From assembly GCA_965217585.1 (NCBI GenBank), contig OZ244561.1, positions 1,184,001 to 1,248,000 of the forward strand: a DNA stretch of 64,000 nt. The letters are read 5' to 3'. This stretch comes from Candidatus Latescibacterota bacterium (GTDB lineage Bacteria > Latescibacterota > UBA2968 > UBA8231). The position numbers and the translations under genes were made by a program. Shown in pieces: positions 28,803-38,855 of this stretch (position 1 is the stretch's first letter; each line of letters starts with the position of its first letter). The notes beneath the pieces are model-generated. The model saw only the letters and a program-made list of their open reading frames with translations. It was not told the DNA's origin and did no database searches.

Positions 28803-29124
28803 CCAACTTAGCCATCGACATCGGCGGCTCCTTGGCGCAGACCCGCGATCGGGGCGGCGAGGCAGACGGCCGCTTCACCGTCGGCTCGCTGCGCACGACC
28901 TACCTGTTTACCCGCGACACCTTCCTGCGCATCTTCGCCCAGACCGAACGGCAACAGTCCTTCACCCCGCAACAACAAACCAACAGCCATCACCTGATCA
29001 GCGCCCTGTTCGGCTGGGAGTACAGCCCCAAAAGCCACTTCTTCCTAGCGTACAACCAGACGCAGAGCGATGCGCGGCTCGACAATCGGGTGTTGCTGCT
29101 CAAGTTGTCCTATTTGTCGAACCT

Positions 29125-30360
29125 CTAATCCCTTCCCTTTCTGATCTCGTCCAGCGCCGCGACCATGCGGTCAATTTCGCCAAAGTTGTTGTAGATATGG
29201 GTGGAAACCCGCTGGGTATAGCCCGGCTCGGCCTCGCCCCAGACCGGAGTCGTGATCCGGTATTTATCATAGAGGAGCTGTCCGGGATTGGCAGCACCAA
29301 AGCCTTTGAGCCGAAACGTGGAAATCGAATTGGCGAGATCCGGGTGCGGCGAGGAAAGCGGTTCGACCCAGCCGGTTTCGGCCATGCGCTGGCGCAAATA
29401 GCCGGCTAACTGCCGCCCGCGGGCGGCGATTTGCTCCTTGCCGATCTCGTTTTGCAGGGCCACCGCCTCGGCTACTGCGCCGAAACAGGACAACTCGCGC
29501 GTGCCAATAGTCGTCAACTGCCACATAAAAGGCTGCCCATTGATACAGAGCGCCCCAGCATCATTGCGCTGGGGCCCGTCTTTGTTGTAGCCATGACTGA
29601 CGGCGATGTAGTGCAGCTTATCCTGTACTTGCGGCTGGGCGTGCAAAAACCCCGTGCCCTTGGGCGCGCAGAGCCACTTGTGACAATTGCCGCCGTAAAA
29701 ATCACAGCCGTAGGAGGTCAAATCCAGCGGGATCTGTCCAGGGGCATGCGCCCCGTCAACGGCAATCATCGCGCCGTGAGCGTGTGCCAACTCGGCCAGC
29801 TCTTTGATCGGGGTGATAAGCCCAGAAGGCGACGTCACATGGCTGACCAATAACAGCCGCGTCCGCGCGGTCAGTGCCCGGCGGAAAGACTCCACGATTT
29901 GCTCGGGCGCTGCGGGCGGGATAGAGATCGGCGCGCGCCGCACCACCACGCCATAGCGGCGCTCGGCGTGGTACAGACAGTTATCGATGGAACCGTATTC
30001 TTGGTCGGAAGCCAGAATCTCGTCGCCGGGCTGCCAATCGAGGCCGTGGACGACTTGGTTGATGGCGATGGTGACATTGGTCGTGAGAGCCAAGTCAGCA
30101 GGGGCGGCGTTGAGAAAGGCACCCAGATCGCGCCGCGCTTGGTTTAGGCGGTCAACCTGCCCGGCGCGGTTGCGCGTCGGATTGCCCTCCAACTCTTCCA
30201 ACCCCTTGACTAAGGAGTCGAAAACCGAACGATGCAACACGCCCCAAGAGCCGGTATTGAGATAGGACTCGTCGGGCGCATGCATAAAACCAGCGGCAAT
30301 ATCTCGCCAGTAGGCCTCTGCTTTATTGGTGGTCGGCCAAGATTTTTTTAATGCACTCAT
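29125..30360 (-). CDS. Class V PLP aminotransferase (isopenicillin N epimerase-like)
   Basis: YLNTGSWG, VDGAHAPG, GNCHKWLCAPKG. Confidence 0.92.
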   Translation of the reverse strand: MSALKKSWPTTNKAEAYWRDIAAGFMHAPDESYLNTGSWGVLHRSVFDSLVKGLEELEGNPTRNRAGQVDRLNQARRDLGAFLNAAPADLALTTNVTIAINQVVHGLDWQPGDEILASDQEYGSIDNCLYHAERRYGVVVRRAPISIPPAAPEQIVESFRRALTARTRLLLVSHVTSPSGLITPIKELAELAHAHGAMIAVDGAHAPGQIPLDLTSYGCDFYGGNCHKWLCAPKGTGFLHAQPQVQDKLHYIAVSHGYNKDGPQRNDAGALCINGQPFMWQLTTIGTRELSCFGAVAEAVALQNEIGKEQIAARGRQLAGYLRQRMAETGWVEPLSSPHPDLANSISTFRLKGFGAANPGQLLYDKYRITTPVWGEAEPGYTQRVSTHIYNNFGEIDRMVAALDEIRKGRD

Positions 30361-32039
30361 GGATCGGCCCCCTCCACCACGACGATTTCCCGGTCGGCGG
30401 CCAGCCCCACTAGCGTCTGTACCGCGCCGCTAGGCCAAAAGACCTGCAGCGTATCGATGGTCGCATACTGACCCAACCCGAGGGTCAATCGCACGTCGTT
30501 GCTGCCCATGTAGCCATAACCAGCGCGGATCTCCCGCACTTGGACCAGGTCGCCAGCCACCGCCCGCACCCTAGCCCCGATGCCCTCCCGGTTGCTCTGG
30601 CGGCCCTTGGTGCGGACCCTGAGCCAGTGGTTGGCGTTGCCGCCGTCGTTGCGCAGCAGGGTGCAATGGGGCGTGTCGGAGTCGGAAATAAAAAAGTCAA
30701 CATCGCCGTCGTTGTCGTAATCGCCGAGGATCGCTCCGTGGCTTACCCTTTCGACGTGCATCCCCGGCCCGCTCTGGTCGCTGACCTCGATAAAGGAGCC
30801 GTCGCCGCTGTTGCGGAACAACTGGTTTTGCTGTGGATAGGTGGTGGAGGGGTCGTATTCGGCGACATTCTCGTCGAGATGGCCGTTAGCAACGAAGACG
30901 TCGAGGAAACCGTCGTTGTCGTAATCGACGAAGGCCGCGGTCATACCAAGATACGGCACACTCGCCACGCCCAGTCCGGCGGCGAACGTCAAGTCGGTGA
31001 AGAAGCCGTCGCCGTCGTTGTGGTAGAGAGTATTGGCCAGCCATTGGTAGGTAGCGACGATGATGTCGAGCCGCCCGTCGTTGTCGTAGTCACCTATATC
31101 GGCCCCCATCGCCGATTCGGCTAAGCCTTCTTCGTTGTAGGCGACTCCCGCCACTGCACCGCTTTCTGAGAAGGTACCGTCGCCGTTGTTGACAAAAAGG
31201 AAATTGGGCTTCTTGTCGTTGGCGATGAAGAGGTCGGGATCGCCATCGCCATCGATATCGCCAAAGACCGCCGCTAACTGGCGACCGGAATCGTCGCGCA
31301 GACCGGCTGCTGCCGTCACATCGACAAACGACCTCCCACCGTCGTTGCGGTAGAGGACGCCTGTTTGCCCTGGATAGGTCGTTGGCCCGCAATACGACCG
31401 CACCTTGCCAGCGAAACACTCCACATTCTGCGCTGGGTCAAAATCCATGTAGTTGGCGACGTAGAGATCGAGATCGCCATCGCCATCGTAGTCGGCAAAA
31501 GCCGCGTGCGTGCCCCAACCCGAGTCTGCCACACCGAGTTCGGGCGCGATATCGGCAAAAACCGCACGCCCATCGTTTTCGTAGAGTCGGTTGGGGCCAT
31601 AATTGGTGACATAGAGGTCGGGGTCGCCATCGCCGTCGATATCGCCGACGGCGGCCCCCATGCCAAAGGCCTCGTCCCCCGTCCCCGATTCTAAGGTGGC
31701 ATCGACGAACGCGCCGTCCGCCCGATTGCGATAATAGGCATTGGAGCCGGTTGGGCCCACATAGCCGGGTAGAGCTGTGCCATTGACGATATACAAGTCG
31801 AGGAAACCGTCGCCATCGCCGTCGAAGAAAGCCGCCCCAGACCCTACCGCCTCCGGCATGTATTTGGCCCCACTGGCACCATTGATATAGCGGAAGTCGA
31901 TGCCTGCCTCCACAGTGACCTCGACGAAACGAGGTGCGGCAGCACCCACCGCCTCGCCACTGACCGCCGACAGCCAAACGATGCCCGCGAGCGCCCGCCA
32001 CCGACCGCGCAGCACTGGTAACCTCAGAAGCCGTCTCAA
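30357..32039 (-). CDS. CRTAC1 family protein (FG-GAP repeats plus ASPIC/UnbV)
   Basis: Repeated DxDGDGxxDL motifs; C-terminal NREGIGARV...WPSG. Start codon uncertain. Confidence 0.92.
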   Translation of the reverse strand: MRRLLRLPVLRGRWRALAGIVWLSAVSGEAVGAAAPRFVEVTVEAGIDFRYINGASGAKYMPEAVGSGAAFFDGDGDGFLDLYIVNGTALPGYVGPTGSNAYYRNRADGAFVDATLESGTGDEAFGMGAAVGDIDGDGDPDLYVTNYGPNRLYENDGRAVFADIAPELGVADSGWGTHAAFADYDGDGDLDLYVANYMDFDPAQNVECFAGKVRSYCGPTTYPGQTGVLYRNDGGRSFVDVTAAAGLRDDSGRQLAAVFGDIDGDGDPDLFIANDKKPNFLFVNNGDGTFSESGAVAGVAYNEEGLAESAMGADIGDYDNDGRLDIIVATYQWLANTLYHNDGDGFFTDLTFAAGLGVASVPYLGMTAAFVDYDNDGFLDVFVANGHLDENVAEYDPSTTYPQQNQLFRNSGDGSFIEVSDQSGPGMHVERVSHGAILGDYDNDGDVDFFISDSDTPHCTLLRNDGGNANHWLRVRTKGRQSNREGIGARVRAVAGDLVQVREIRAGYGYMGSNDVRLTLGLGQYATIDTLQVFWPSGAVQTLVGLAADREIVVVEGADP

Positions 32040-32072
32040 AATTCTAAGTGCGCTCTGATCAATGTCATTTCA

Positions 32073-32103
32073 CATCCGCGTTCATCTGCGTTCATCTGCG
32101 GAT
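32073..32103. repeat. Short tandem repeat TTCATCTGCG
   Basis: CATCCGCG TTCATCTGCG TTCATCTGCG GAT; a related TCTGCGCTA tandem lies at 25804-25830. Confidence 0.65.
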
Positions 32104-32113
32104 TACCTTAGGA

Positions 32114-32132
32114 ATGATTTAGGATTGCTATA
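32114..32132. mobile_element. Solo IS630-type terminal repeat
   Basis: ATGATTTAGGATTGCTATA matches the IS630 end at 62781-62799 in 17 of 19 positions. Confidence 0.65.
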
Positions 32133-32135
32133 GCT

Positions 32136-33080
32136 TCAGTACCCCTTGCACTTGTCAATCACACTCAGCAACGCCTCCCCTGCCAAGTAGCGCCGCAAAT
32201 TCTCGCAAAACAACGCCACGCACCGACGGTCGCGGTTGGGCGACCCCCCGGCCGTATGCGGCGTGATCAGCACGTTGTCCATCCGCCACAGCGGGTGATC
32301 CTCGGGCAGGGGCTCCTGCGGCACTACATCCAACCCCGCCCCGCCGATCTGCCCTTCGGCAAGCGCCGCTAGCAAGGCCTGCTCATCGACGATTTGCCCC
32401 CGCGTGACATTGATCAACAGCGCGTGGCTCCGCATCCGCGCAAACGCCTCTTGGTCGAACAGCCCGGCAGTCTTCGCAGTCAGCGGCGCGCAAATCGCCA
32501 CCACGTCAGATTGTTCCAACAGCGCGTGGAACTGATCCATCCCCCAGCAGGCTTCCACTTCTTCCGGCACGGCGACCTCCTCTGGATCCACCGCGATAAT
32601 CCGCATCCCGAACGCGCTCGCCCGCTGCGCCAACTCCCTCCCAGTCCCCCCCAATCCCACAATGCCCATCGTCTGCTCAACCAGTTCCCACGACGCAGCG
32701 CGAATCGGCCAGCGCCGATCCCAGTCCGGATAGCGCACCGCCGTGTGGATCCCCCGCGTCAGCCCGAGCAACAACGCCATCGCATGTTCGGCCAAATGCA
32801 CCCCCACCCACCCCTTGGCGCTGCACAACACCACATCGCTCTCAACCAGTTCGGGGTACAGCACTCCATCTACCCCCGCCCCCCAACTCTGCATCCACTT
32901 GAGCTTTTTCCGCCGCGCGAACATCTCCCGGCTGACATGCCCGCAGACGACCTCGATCTCCGGCATAACTTCCAAGGCCGCCGCATCCGAGTCCACGCGC
33001 ACCACTTCCACTTCCTCGGACACCTGCTGAATCTCCTCTATCAACTCCTCTGCTAAATCCATCCTCATCAAGACTTTCAT
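32136..33080 (-). CDS. D-2-hydroxyacid dehydrogenase
   Basis: GIVGLGGTG, LINVTRG, GAGLDV, EPLP, ITPHTAG. Confidence 0.95.
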   Translation of the reverse strand: MKVLMRMDLAEELIEEIQQVSEEVEVVRVDSDAAALEVMPEIEVVCGHVSREMFARRKKLKWMQSWGAGVDGVLYPELVESDVVLCSAKGWVGVHLAEHAMALLLGLTRGIHTAVRYPDWDRRWPIRAASWELVEQTMGIVGLGGTGRELAQRASAFGMRIIAVDPEEVAVPEEVEACWGMDQFHALLEQSDVVAICAPLTAKTAGLFDQEAFARMRSHALLINVTRGQIVDEQALLAALAEGQIGGAGLDVVPQEPLPEDHPLWRMDNVLITPHTAGGSPNRDRRCVALFCENLRRYLAGEALLSVIDKCKGY

Positions 33081-33165
33081 ATCCTCTCCTCCTTGCGATT
33101 GTCCGTCCGCTGTGGTAGGCCCTATTATTTGACTTTCCCAATCTCACCAATCACGGAAGCAGGTC

Positions 33166-34680
33166 ATGCAAAACCACATCGTCAAGACCCACCCAGACGG
33201 TACCGTCCTCCCGCGCGAAGAGCAATTGGCTTGGAAGCTAGCCCAACTCGCCGCCCACAACCAAGCGTTCGACGCAGATGTCGCCGAGATGATTGGCAAT
33301 CGCGTCATCGACAACGCCGCAGTCGCCCTCGCCGCAATCAACCGCCCGCCGGTGCGCAACGCCCGCCTCCTCGCCCTTGGCTACCCCCATCCCCGCAACA
33401 GCGGCGCCCGCCTCTTTGGCGTGGCCAACGACCGCAGCTTCCACTGCGAGTGGGCCGCTCTCGCCAATGGCGTGGCCGTGCGCGAACTCGACATGCACGA
33501 CACCTACCTCGCCGCCGACTACTCGCATCCCGGCGACAACATCCCCGGCTTGCTCGCCGCCGCCCAGCAAACGGGTGCCAACGGCCACGCGCTAACCTTG
33601 GGCATCCTCACGGCCTATGAGGTACAGATGGCGCTGGTGACGGGCATTTGCCTGCACGAGCACAAAATCGACCACGTCGCCCACCTCGCCCCGGCCGTGG
33701 CCGCCGGGCTGGGGACCATGCTCCAGATGCCAGCCGCGCAAATCTACCAAGCCATCAACCAGAGCCTGCACCTAGCCTGCGCCACCCGCCAGTCGCGCAA
33801 AGGGGACATCACCTCGTGGAAGGCCTACGCCCCAGCCCAAGCCAACAAGATCGCCATTGAAGCTGTGGGCCGGGCGCGCCTCGGCGAGCGGGCACCGTCG
33901 CCCATCTACGAGGGCCGCGACGCAGTCATCGCCTACATGCTGTCCGGGCCGGACGCCGAATATCGCGTCCCCTTACCCGATCCCGGCGAGAACATGCGCG
34001 CCATCCTGCGCTCCTACACCAAGGAACACTCCGCCGAATACCAAGCCCAAGCCCTGATCGACCTCGGCTTCCGGCTACACGCCCATCATATAGACCTAGA
34101 CCAAGTGGAAGACGTCGTAATCCGCACCAGCCACCACACGCACTACGTGATCGGCACAGGGGCCAACGACCCGCAGAAAATGGATCCTGACGCCTCGCGC
34201 GAGACCCTCGACCACAGCGCCATGTACATCCTTGCTGTCGCCTCGGAGGACGGCGCTTGGCACCACGTGCATTCCTATACCTCAGAGCGCGCCCACCGCC
34301 CTTCGACCGTCGCGCTGTGGCACAAGATCCGCACCGCAGAAGTCGCCGAGTGGACCCAAGCCTATCACCATCCAGATCCCGACCATAAGAAGTTCGGCGC
34401 CCAAGTCGTGGTCCGCCTCGCCAACGGCACGCAGATCGCCGAACGCCTCGACAACCCCAATGCCCACTACCTCGGCGACCGGCCCTTTGCCCGGCCAGCC
34501 TATATCGACAAGCTAGCCGTATTGACCGAGGGACTCGTAGCACCGGTCGAGGTCGAGCGTTTTCTGGGGCTAGTGAATCGGTTGCCAGACCTGACGCCCG
34601 AGGAAGTGGGCCAGCTCAATCTCGTAGCGGCCGAGGGCATGTTGGAAGACGCCATCAGTTCCCGCATAGGCATTTTGTAG
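33166..34680 (+). CDS. prpD: MmgE/PrpD family 2-methylcitrate dehydratase
   Basis: RELDMHDTYLAADYSHPGDN, IDHVAH, SWKAYA, RETLDHS. Confidence 0.9.
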   Translation: MQNHIVKTHPDGTVLPREEQLAWKLAQLAAHNQAFDADVAEMIGNRVIDNAAVALAAINRPPVRNARLLALGYPHPRNSGARLFGVANDRSFHCEWAALANGVAVRELDMHDTYLAADYSHPGDNIPGLLAAAQQTGANGHALTLGILTAYEVQMALVTGICLHEHKIDHVAHLAPAVAAGLGTMLQMPAAQIYQAINQSLHLACATRQSRKGDITSWKAYAPAQANKIAIEAVGRARLGERAPSPIYEGRDAVIAYMLSGPDAEYRVPLPDPGENMRAILRSYTKEHSAEYQAQALIDLGFRLHAHHIDLDQVEDVVIRTSHHTHYVIGTGANDPQKMDPDASRETLDHSAMYILAVASEDGAWHHVHSYTSERAHRPSTVALWHKIRTAEVAEWTQAYHHPDPDHKKFGAQVVVRLANGTQIAERLDNPNAHYLGDRPFARPAYIDKLAVLTEGLVAPVEVERFLGLVNRLPDLTPEEVGQLNLVAAEGMLEDAISSRIGIL

Positions 34681-34684
34681 CCCA

Positions 34685-35989
34685 TCAAGCCCGGACGTCC
34701 GGCAAGTCTTCGCCTTCTGTGCGCGCCACCAGCGCCGTGACCACCAGATCGCCGGTCACATTGACGGTCGTGCGGCACATATCGAGCAGGCGATCAACGG
34801 CCAAGACGATGGCGATGGCTTCCACCGGCAGGCCGACCGCCGGCAGGATCAGCGCGATGGCGACGAAGCTGGAAGCGGGGATGCCCGCCACGCCGATCGA
34901 TGTGAGCAAGGCGAGCAATACGACGATCATCTGCTCCGCGATGCCAAAATCTACGCCCGACGCGAACGCGTACACTTGGGCGATGAACACCACCACCACG
35001 CACTCGTAGAGTGCCGTGCCGTCCATGTTCACCGTCGCCCCCAACGGCAGGACAAAGCTGGTCACGCGGTTGGAGATGCCGGCCTGTTCGGCGCTGTTGA
35101 TGGTCACCGGCAAGGTCGCCGAAGACGACGCGGTCGAAAACGCGGTTAATTGCGCGGGTGCGATCTTGGCGTAGTAGGCGTATGGACTGATGCCGGCAAC
35201 CAAGCGCAGCAGCAGCGGCAACCAGACGGCAAAATGCACTGCCAGCGCCAGCAATACGGTCAGGAAGAACAGGCCCAACGCTTCAAGCGCGGCAAAGCCG
35301 GAGATGAGCAGCGTCTTGCCCACCAGCGCAAACGCGCCAATGGGAGCGAACCGCATGATCCACATCGTGATCAGGATCATGAGGTCGTGCAAGCCGACCC
35401 AGAACTGCTGCAGGGTGTCGCCGGCCGGCCCGTTCAGCCGCGACATGAAATACCCGAACACCACCCCCACGAATACCAGCGCCAGCAGTTGAACCTCTAG
35501 CGCCGCCGCGAAGATATTGGACGGTATCGTGCGCTTGAGGACCTCGACCAGATCGCGTACGCCGCGCCCCTCTACCTTATCCATGACTTGCGCCGGGTCT
35601 GGCAGCGCCGCGCCCAGCGCCCGCGCCGATTCAGTCTCGCCGGGCGCTATGAGATTCACGAAAACAAGACCAGTGAAAGCCGACAGGAGTCCAGTACCCA
35701 CGTAAAAGGCCACCGTCTTCCCGCCAATGCGTCCAAAGGCGTTCTGGCTCGCCATGTTGCGGACGCCAACAATGATCGAAGACAGGATAAGCGGCACCAC
35801 GATCATCTTCAGCGCGTTGAGGAACAAGCTGCCGAAGAAGCCAAAAACTTCCACCAGCGACGCGCCGAACAGCGTCGTATGCTCGTCGCCCAGCCAGCCT
35901 ACCAATGCAGCGAGGGCGAGGGCCATGGCGATCTGCCAGTGCAACGGAATGCCGATAAACCTCGAAAGTGCGCTAAGCTGGTTCATCAT
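34685..35989 (-). CDS. Dicarboxylate/amino acid:cation symporter (DAACS)
   Basis: AFSTASSSATLP, LPLGATVNMDGT, DRLLDMCRT. Confidence 0.95.
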   Translation of the reverse strand: MMNQLSALSRFIGIPLHWQIAMALALAALVGWLGDEHTTLFGASLVEVFGFFGSLFLNALKMIVVPLILSSIIVGVRNMASQNAFGRIGGKTVAFYVGTGLLSAFTGLVFVNLIAPGETESARALGAALPDPAQVMDKVEGRGVRDLVEVLKRTIPSNIFAAALEVQLLALVFVGVVFGYFMSRLNGPAGDTLQQFWVGLHDLMILITMWIMRFAPIGAFALVGKTLLISGFAALEALGLFFLTVLLALAVHFAVWLPLLLRLVAGISPYAYYAKIAPAQLTAFSTASSSATLPVTINSAEQAGISNRVTSFVLPLGATVNMDGTALYECVVVVFIAQVYAFASGVDFGIAEQMIVVLLALLTSIGVAGIPASSFVAIALILPAVGLPVEAIAIVLAVDRLLDMCRTTVNVTGDLVVTALVARTEGEDLPDVRA

Positions 35990-36029
35990 TTATTTTTCCT
36001 TGTCAATGAGAGGAGAGAGGAGTTTAAAC

Positions 36030-36257
36030 ATGAAAACGCATAGAGAAATGCTTGACGAATGGATGAGAGAACCCGAATTCGTCGCTGAATACAACGCGCT
36101 TGCAGATGAATTCGCCCTCTTCGATGAAATGCTCAAAGCCAAAAAGAATGCGGGTTTAACTCAGGTCGATGTTGCCAAAAAGATGGGCACCGTCGTTCCA
36201 CACCGCAAAGGACAAGCCCCAGATGGTCCCCTCGGCAAAGCCGATCAACGCGTCTAA
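36030..36257 (+). pseudogene. Truncated HigA-like HTH antitoxin fused to foreign sequence
   Basis: EPEFVAEYNAL...AGLTQVDVAKKMGT breaks before the recognition helix; 36191-36256 is a copy of 38921-38986. Confidence 0.8.
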
Positions 36258-36267
36258 GGACAACACC

Positions 36268-37368
36268 ATGATCTACGACGGACACGCCTATTGCTTCCCG
36301 CCGCCGGGCCGCAACGGGGGCTTCGCCGACCCCGCCGAATTCTGGCGACACCTGCAACTGTTCATGGCCCAAGCCCGGCAGCAGCCCTGCTGGCGGCGCG
36401 CCGACCGCGTCCCGGCCGACGCCACGGGCCTCTACGACCCCGATCGCCCTTGGCGCTTCGATGGCCTGCGGGACGCCGCCTTCCGCACCGGGGACCACGG
36501 CCTCGTCGAGTGGACGGCGGACGGAGAGGACTACGTGAAGCAGGCCCTGCCGCCGTGGACGGTAGACTTCGCCTTCCCCGCCGACAGCCTAGTGGCGGAG
36601 ATGAACTACGCCGGCATCGACCGGGCGCTCCTGCACCGCACCCCGTACATGGGTCTCAACGACGGCTACATCGCCGACTGCTGCCAGCGCCACCCGGGGC
36701 GAATCCAAGGCCTAGCCCACGTGCCCGAATGGTGGTTCCCCAGCAGGACGGACGACGCCGTCGGCAAGCTGGAACGGGCAATTGGCGACCACGGCCTGTC
36801 GGGCCTGCAATTCATGCCCTTTCACCGGAGCCTCTACGACCTCTCCCCCGAGTGGACTGGGCCCGACTTCGACCCTTTGTGGGCGGCTGTGACCGAGCTG
36901 GGGATCCCCGTGTTCTTCACCCTCGGCGCAGCCGGATCGCCCGCTGCCTACCTCGACGAGTTGCGCGCGCTGCGCACCTGGATGGACCGCTTCCCCGACG
37001 TCGATGTGGTCATGACCCACGGCTTCCCCTGGCGGATGTTCGCCGACAGCGACCGGCTCCACGTGCCCGACGAGATTTACGAGGTGACGCCCAGCGGCCA
37101 CCCGCGCTTCCACATCCAGATCCTCTTCGCCGTGTTCCTGCAGTCGCGCTGGGACTACCCCATGCCACAGATGCGGCCCGTCCTAGAGAAAATGGTCGAA
37201 CGCATCGGTGCCGATCGCATCCTATGGGGGACGGACATCCCCATCGTGCTGCTGCACTGGACCTACCGCCAGAGCCTCGACTACGTGCGGCGCTACTGCC
37301 CGTTCCTCAGCGAATCCGAAATGGCGGCGATCCTAGGCGGCAACATGGAACGGCTCCTGGGGCGGTAG
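36268..37368 (+). CDS. Amidohydrolase family 2 protein
   Basis: AAGGA RBS; YDGHAY, GADRILWGTD, ILGGN. Confidence 0.88.
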   Translation: MIYDGHAYCFPPPGRNGGFADPAEFWRHLQLFMAQARQQPCWRRADRVPADATGLYDPDRPWRFDGLRDAAFRTGDHGLVEWTADGEDYVKQALPPWTVDFAFPADSLVAEMNYAGIDRALLHRTPYMGLNDGYIADCCQRHPGRIQGLAHVPEWWFPSRTDDAVGKLERAIGDHGLSGLQFMPFHRSLYDLSPEWTGPDFDPLWAAVTELGIPVFFTLGAAGSPAAYLDELRALRTWMDRFPDVDVVMTHGFPWRMFADSDRLHVPDEIYEVTPSGHPRFHIQILFAVFLQSRWDYPMPQMRPVLEKMVERIGADRILWGTDIPIVLLHWTYRQSLDYVRRYCPFLSESEMAAILGGNMERLLGR

Positions 37369-37407
37369 CCTACCTCGTTAGACGCTGCACAGGCAGATCC
37401 GCAGAAA

Positions 37408-38163
37408 TTACTTCAACAGCGTCAGCGGCCGACTCTCTTGGTAATTGCCCGCGGTAAACTGGTATATATAGGTGCCGCTGGCCACGGCTCGGCCACGGTT
37501 ATCGCGCCCGTTCCACTGCACCTCGTAGCGTCCCGCTTCCAACCGATCCTGCACCAAATCGCGGATCCTCTGTCCGGCTGCATTGTAAAGGGCCAGTTCC
37601 ACTAGCCCTTCGCTGCCCACCTCGTAGGCAATGGTCGTGTTGGCGTTGAAGGGGTTGGGATAATTCTGCGCCAACGCGTACCCGTCGGGCGTACTGCCAC
37701 TTTCTTCCTCCACCGCAGTGGCCGGACTACCGGGCAGGGTAATCTCCCACAAGCCGCGACCGCCACTCCACTCAATCACGTAGATTTTGTTGCCGATGAT
37801 CTCGGCGTCAATAGGGCCGCGAAAACCCTCGACAATCTGGGTCATGCGCGCCTGATAGTTATCTCCCACCTTCTCCAAATCCATGTGAATGAGGTCCTCA
37901 TCCGGGTCGTCGAAGGGGTTGATCAGGTTGCAGCAGTCCCCGCCGATGCGCTCGTCCTCGCCCTTGATCTGAATGCGGGAAATAGTCCCCGTAGCCGTGA
38001 GGGTGTACAGGCTATTGTCGCGCGGGTCCTTGGCAATGCGCATGGTCCGCCGGCTCACGTCGAGCAAGTGGCGGACTTGAACATCGTCGCGCAGGGGCCG
38101 GGGATCGGCACCGACAGTGCCTAGGGTCCAGCCGACTAGGACTATCCCGATAATTTTTCGCAA
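37408..38163 (-). pseudogene. Secreted sorbosone-dehydrogenase-like protein with FlgD-Ig tail, probably internally deleted
   Basis: AGGAG RBS with TTG start and signal peptide; only first and last propeller-like blades present; QNYPNPFN...WNGRD...VASGTY tail. Confidence 0.6.
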
Positions 38164-38189
38164 TGTGAACGCTCCTCGCAGATGAGATG

Positions 38190-38855
38190 TATTGAATGCT
38201 AGCGCACCAGCACCAGTTTCCGGGCTGCCGAGATAGGGCCAATTCCACCAGGCCGGTCTCCCCAACCTGATAAACGATGGTGGTTTGGGCATTGAAAGGA
38301 TTGGGGAAGTTCTGCTCTAAACCAGCCTCTGCTGGTACAGTCGCCAGTCCTTCTATAGCAGTAGGCTGGTCCATACTGGCGATCCAGCGGCGGATGAGAT
38401 CGCTACCTTCCCAGTCAACCAAGGTGGAGGCCAGCGGCAGGCTTTCGTCGGTGGGGTCGGCCCACCGGAGGAAGCTCTCGTACTGCTCGCCGATATCCTC
38501 AGTGAACAGACCAATGTGGTTTAGGGTGCGCAATTGGTTGTCCACAATGCCACCGTAGTCGTACGAGCGATTCATCTGGGCCGTATTGAGTCCCAAGACA
38601 TAGCCAGCCGGTCCGGTATGACACAAGGCGCAATCTTCGGGTCCGGGATAGAAATGCACGTATTCGCGGAAGCCGTCTTCGGCTTGCGGGTCGGCGATGA
38701 GATAGGACTGGGTCGTCGCCTCTTCGAGCAATATCGCGTCCTTGCCCTCCAGATCCCACATATAGCTAAAACCGTCCCATGCATCGGCTTGACCGCGCTT
38801 GACCAAAAAGCGCGTCTCGACAATGTGCCGACTGTCCCACTTACCCGTTTCCAAC
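38190..38855 (-). pseudogene. Fragment of a cytochrome c (SO2930-like) secreted protein with truncated FlgD tail
   Basis: ETRFLV, CALCH haem motif, LGLNTAQMN, NQL; no N-terminus; jump LPLA|STLVD; QNFPNPFN tail cut short. Confidence 0.7.

Larger units (their letters stand above)
25904..29128 (+). pseudogene. CBM9-like/DUF5916 outer-membrane protein, frameshifted near 26040 and IS-interrupted
   Basis: Signal peptide and PPIIDG; WTAEFKIPF, TVNPDFAQVEAD, FPEKRPFF, LFFSRRIG. The frame RPRTNL|AIDIGGSLAQ is restored when the IS is removed. Confidence 0.88.
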
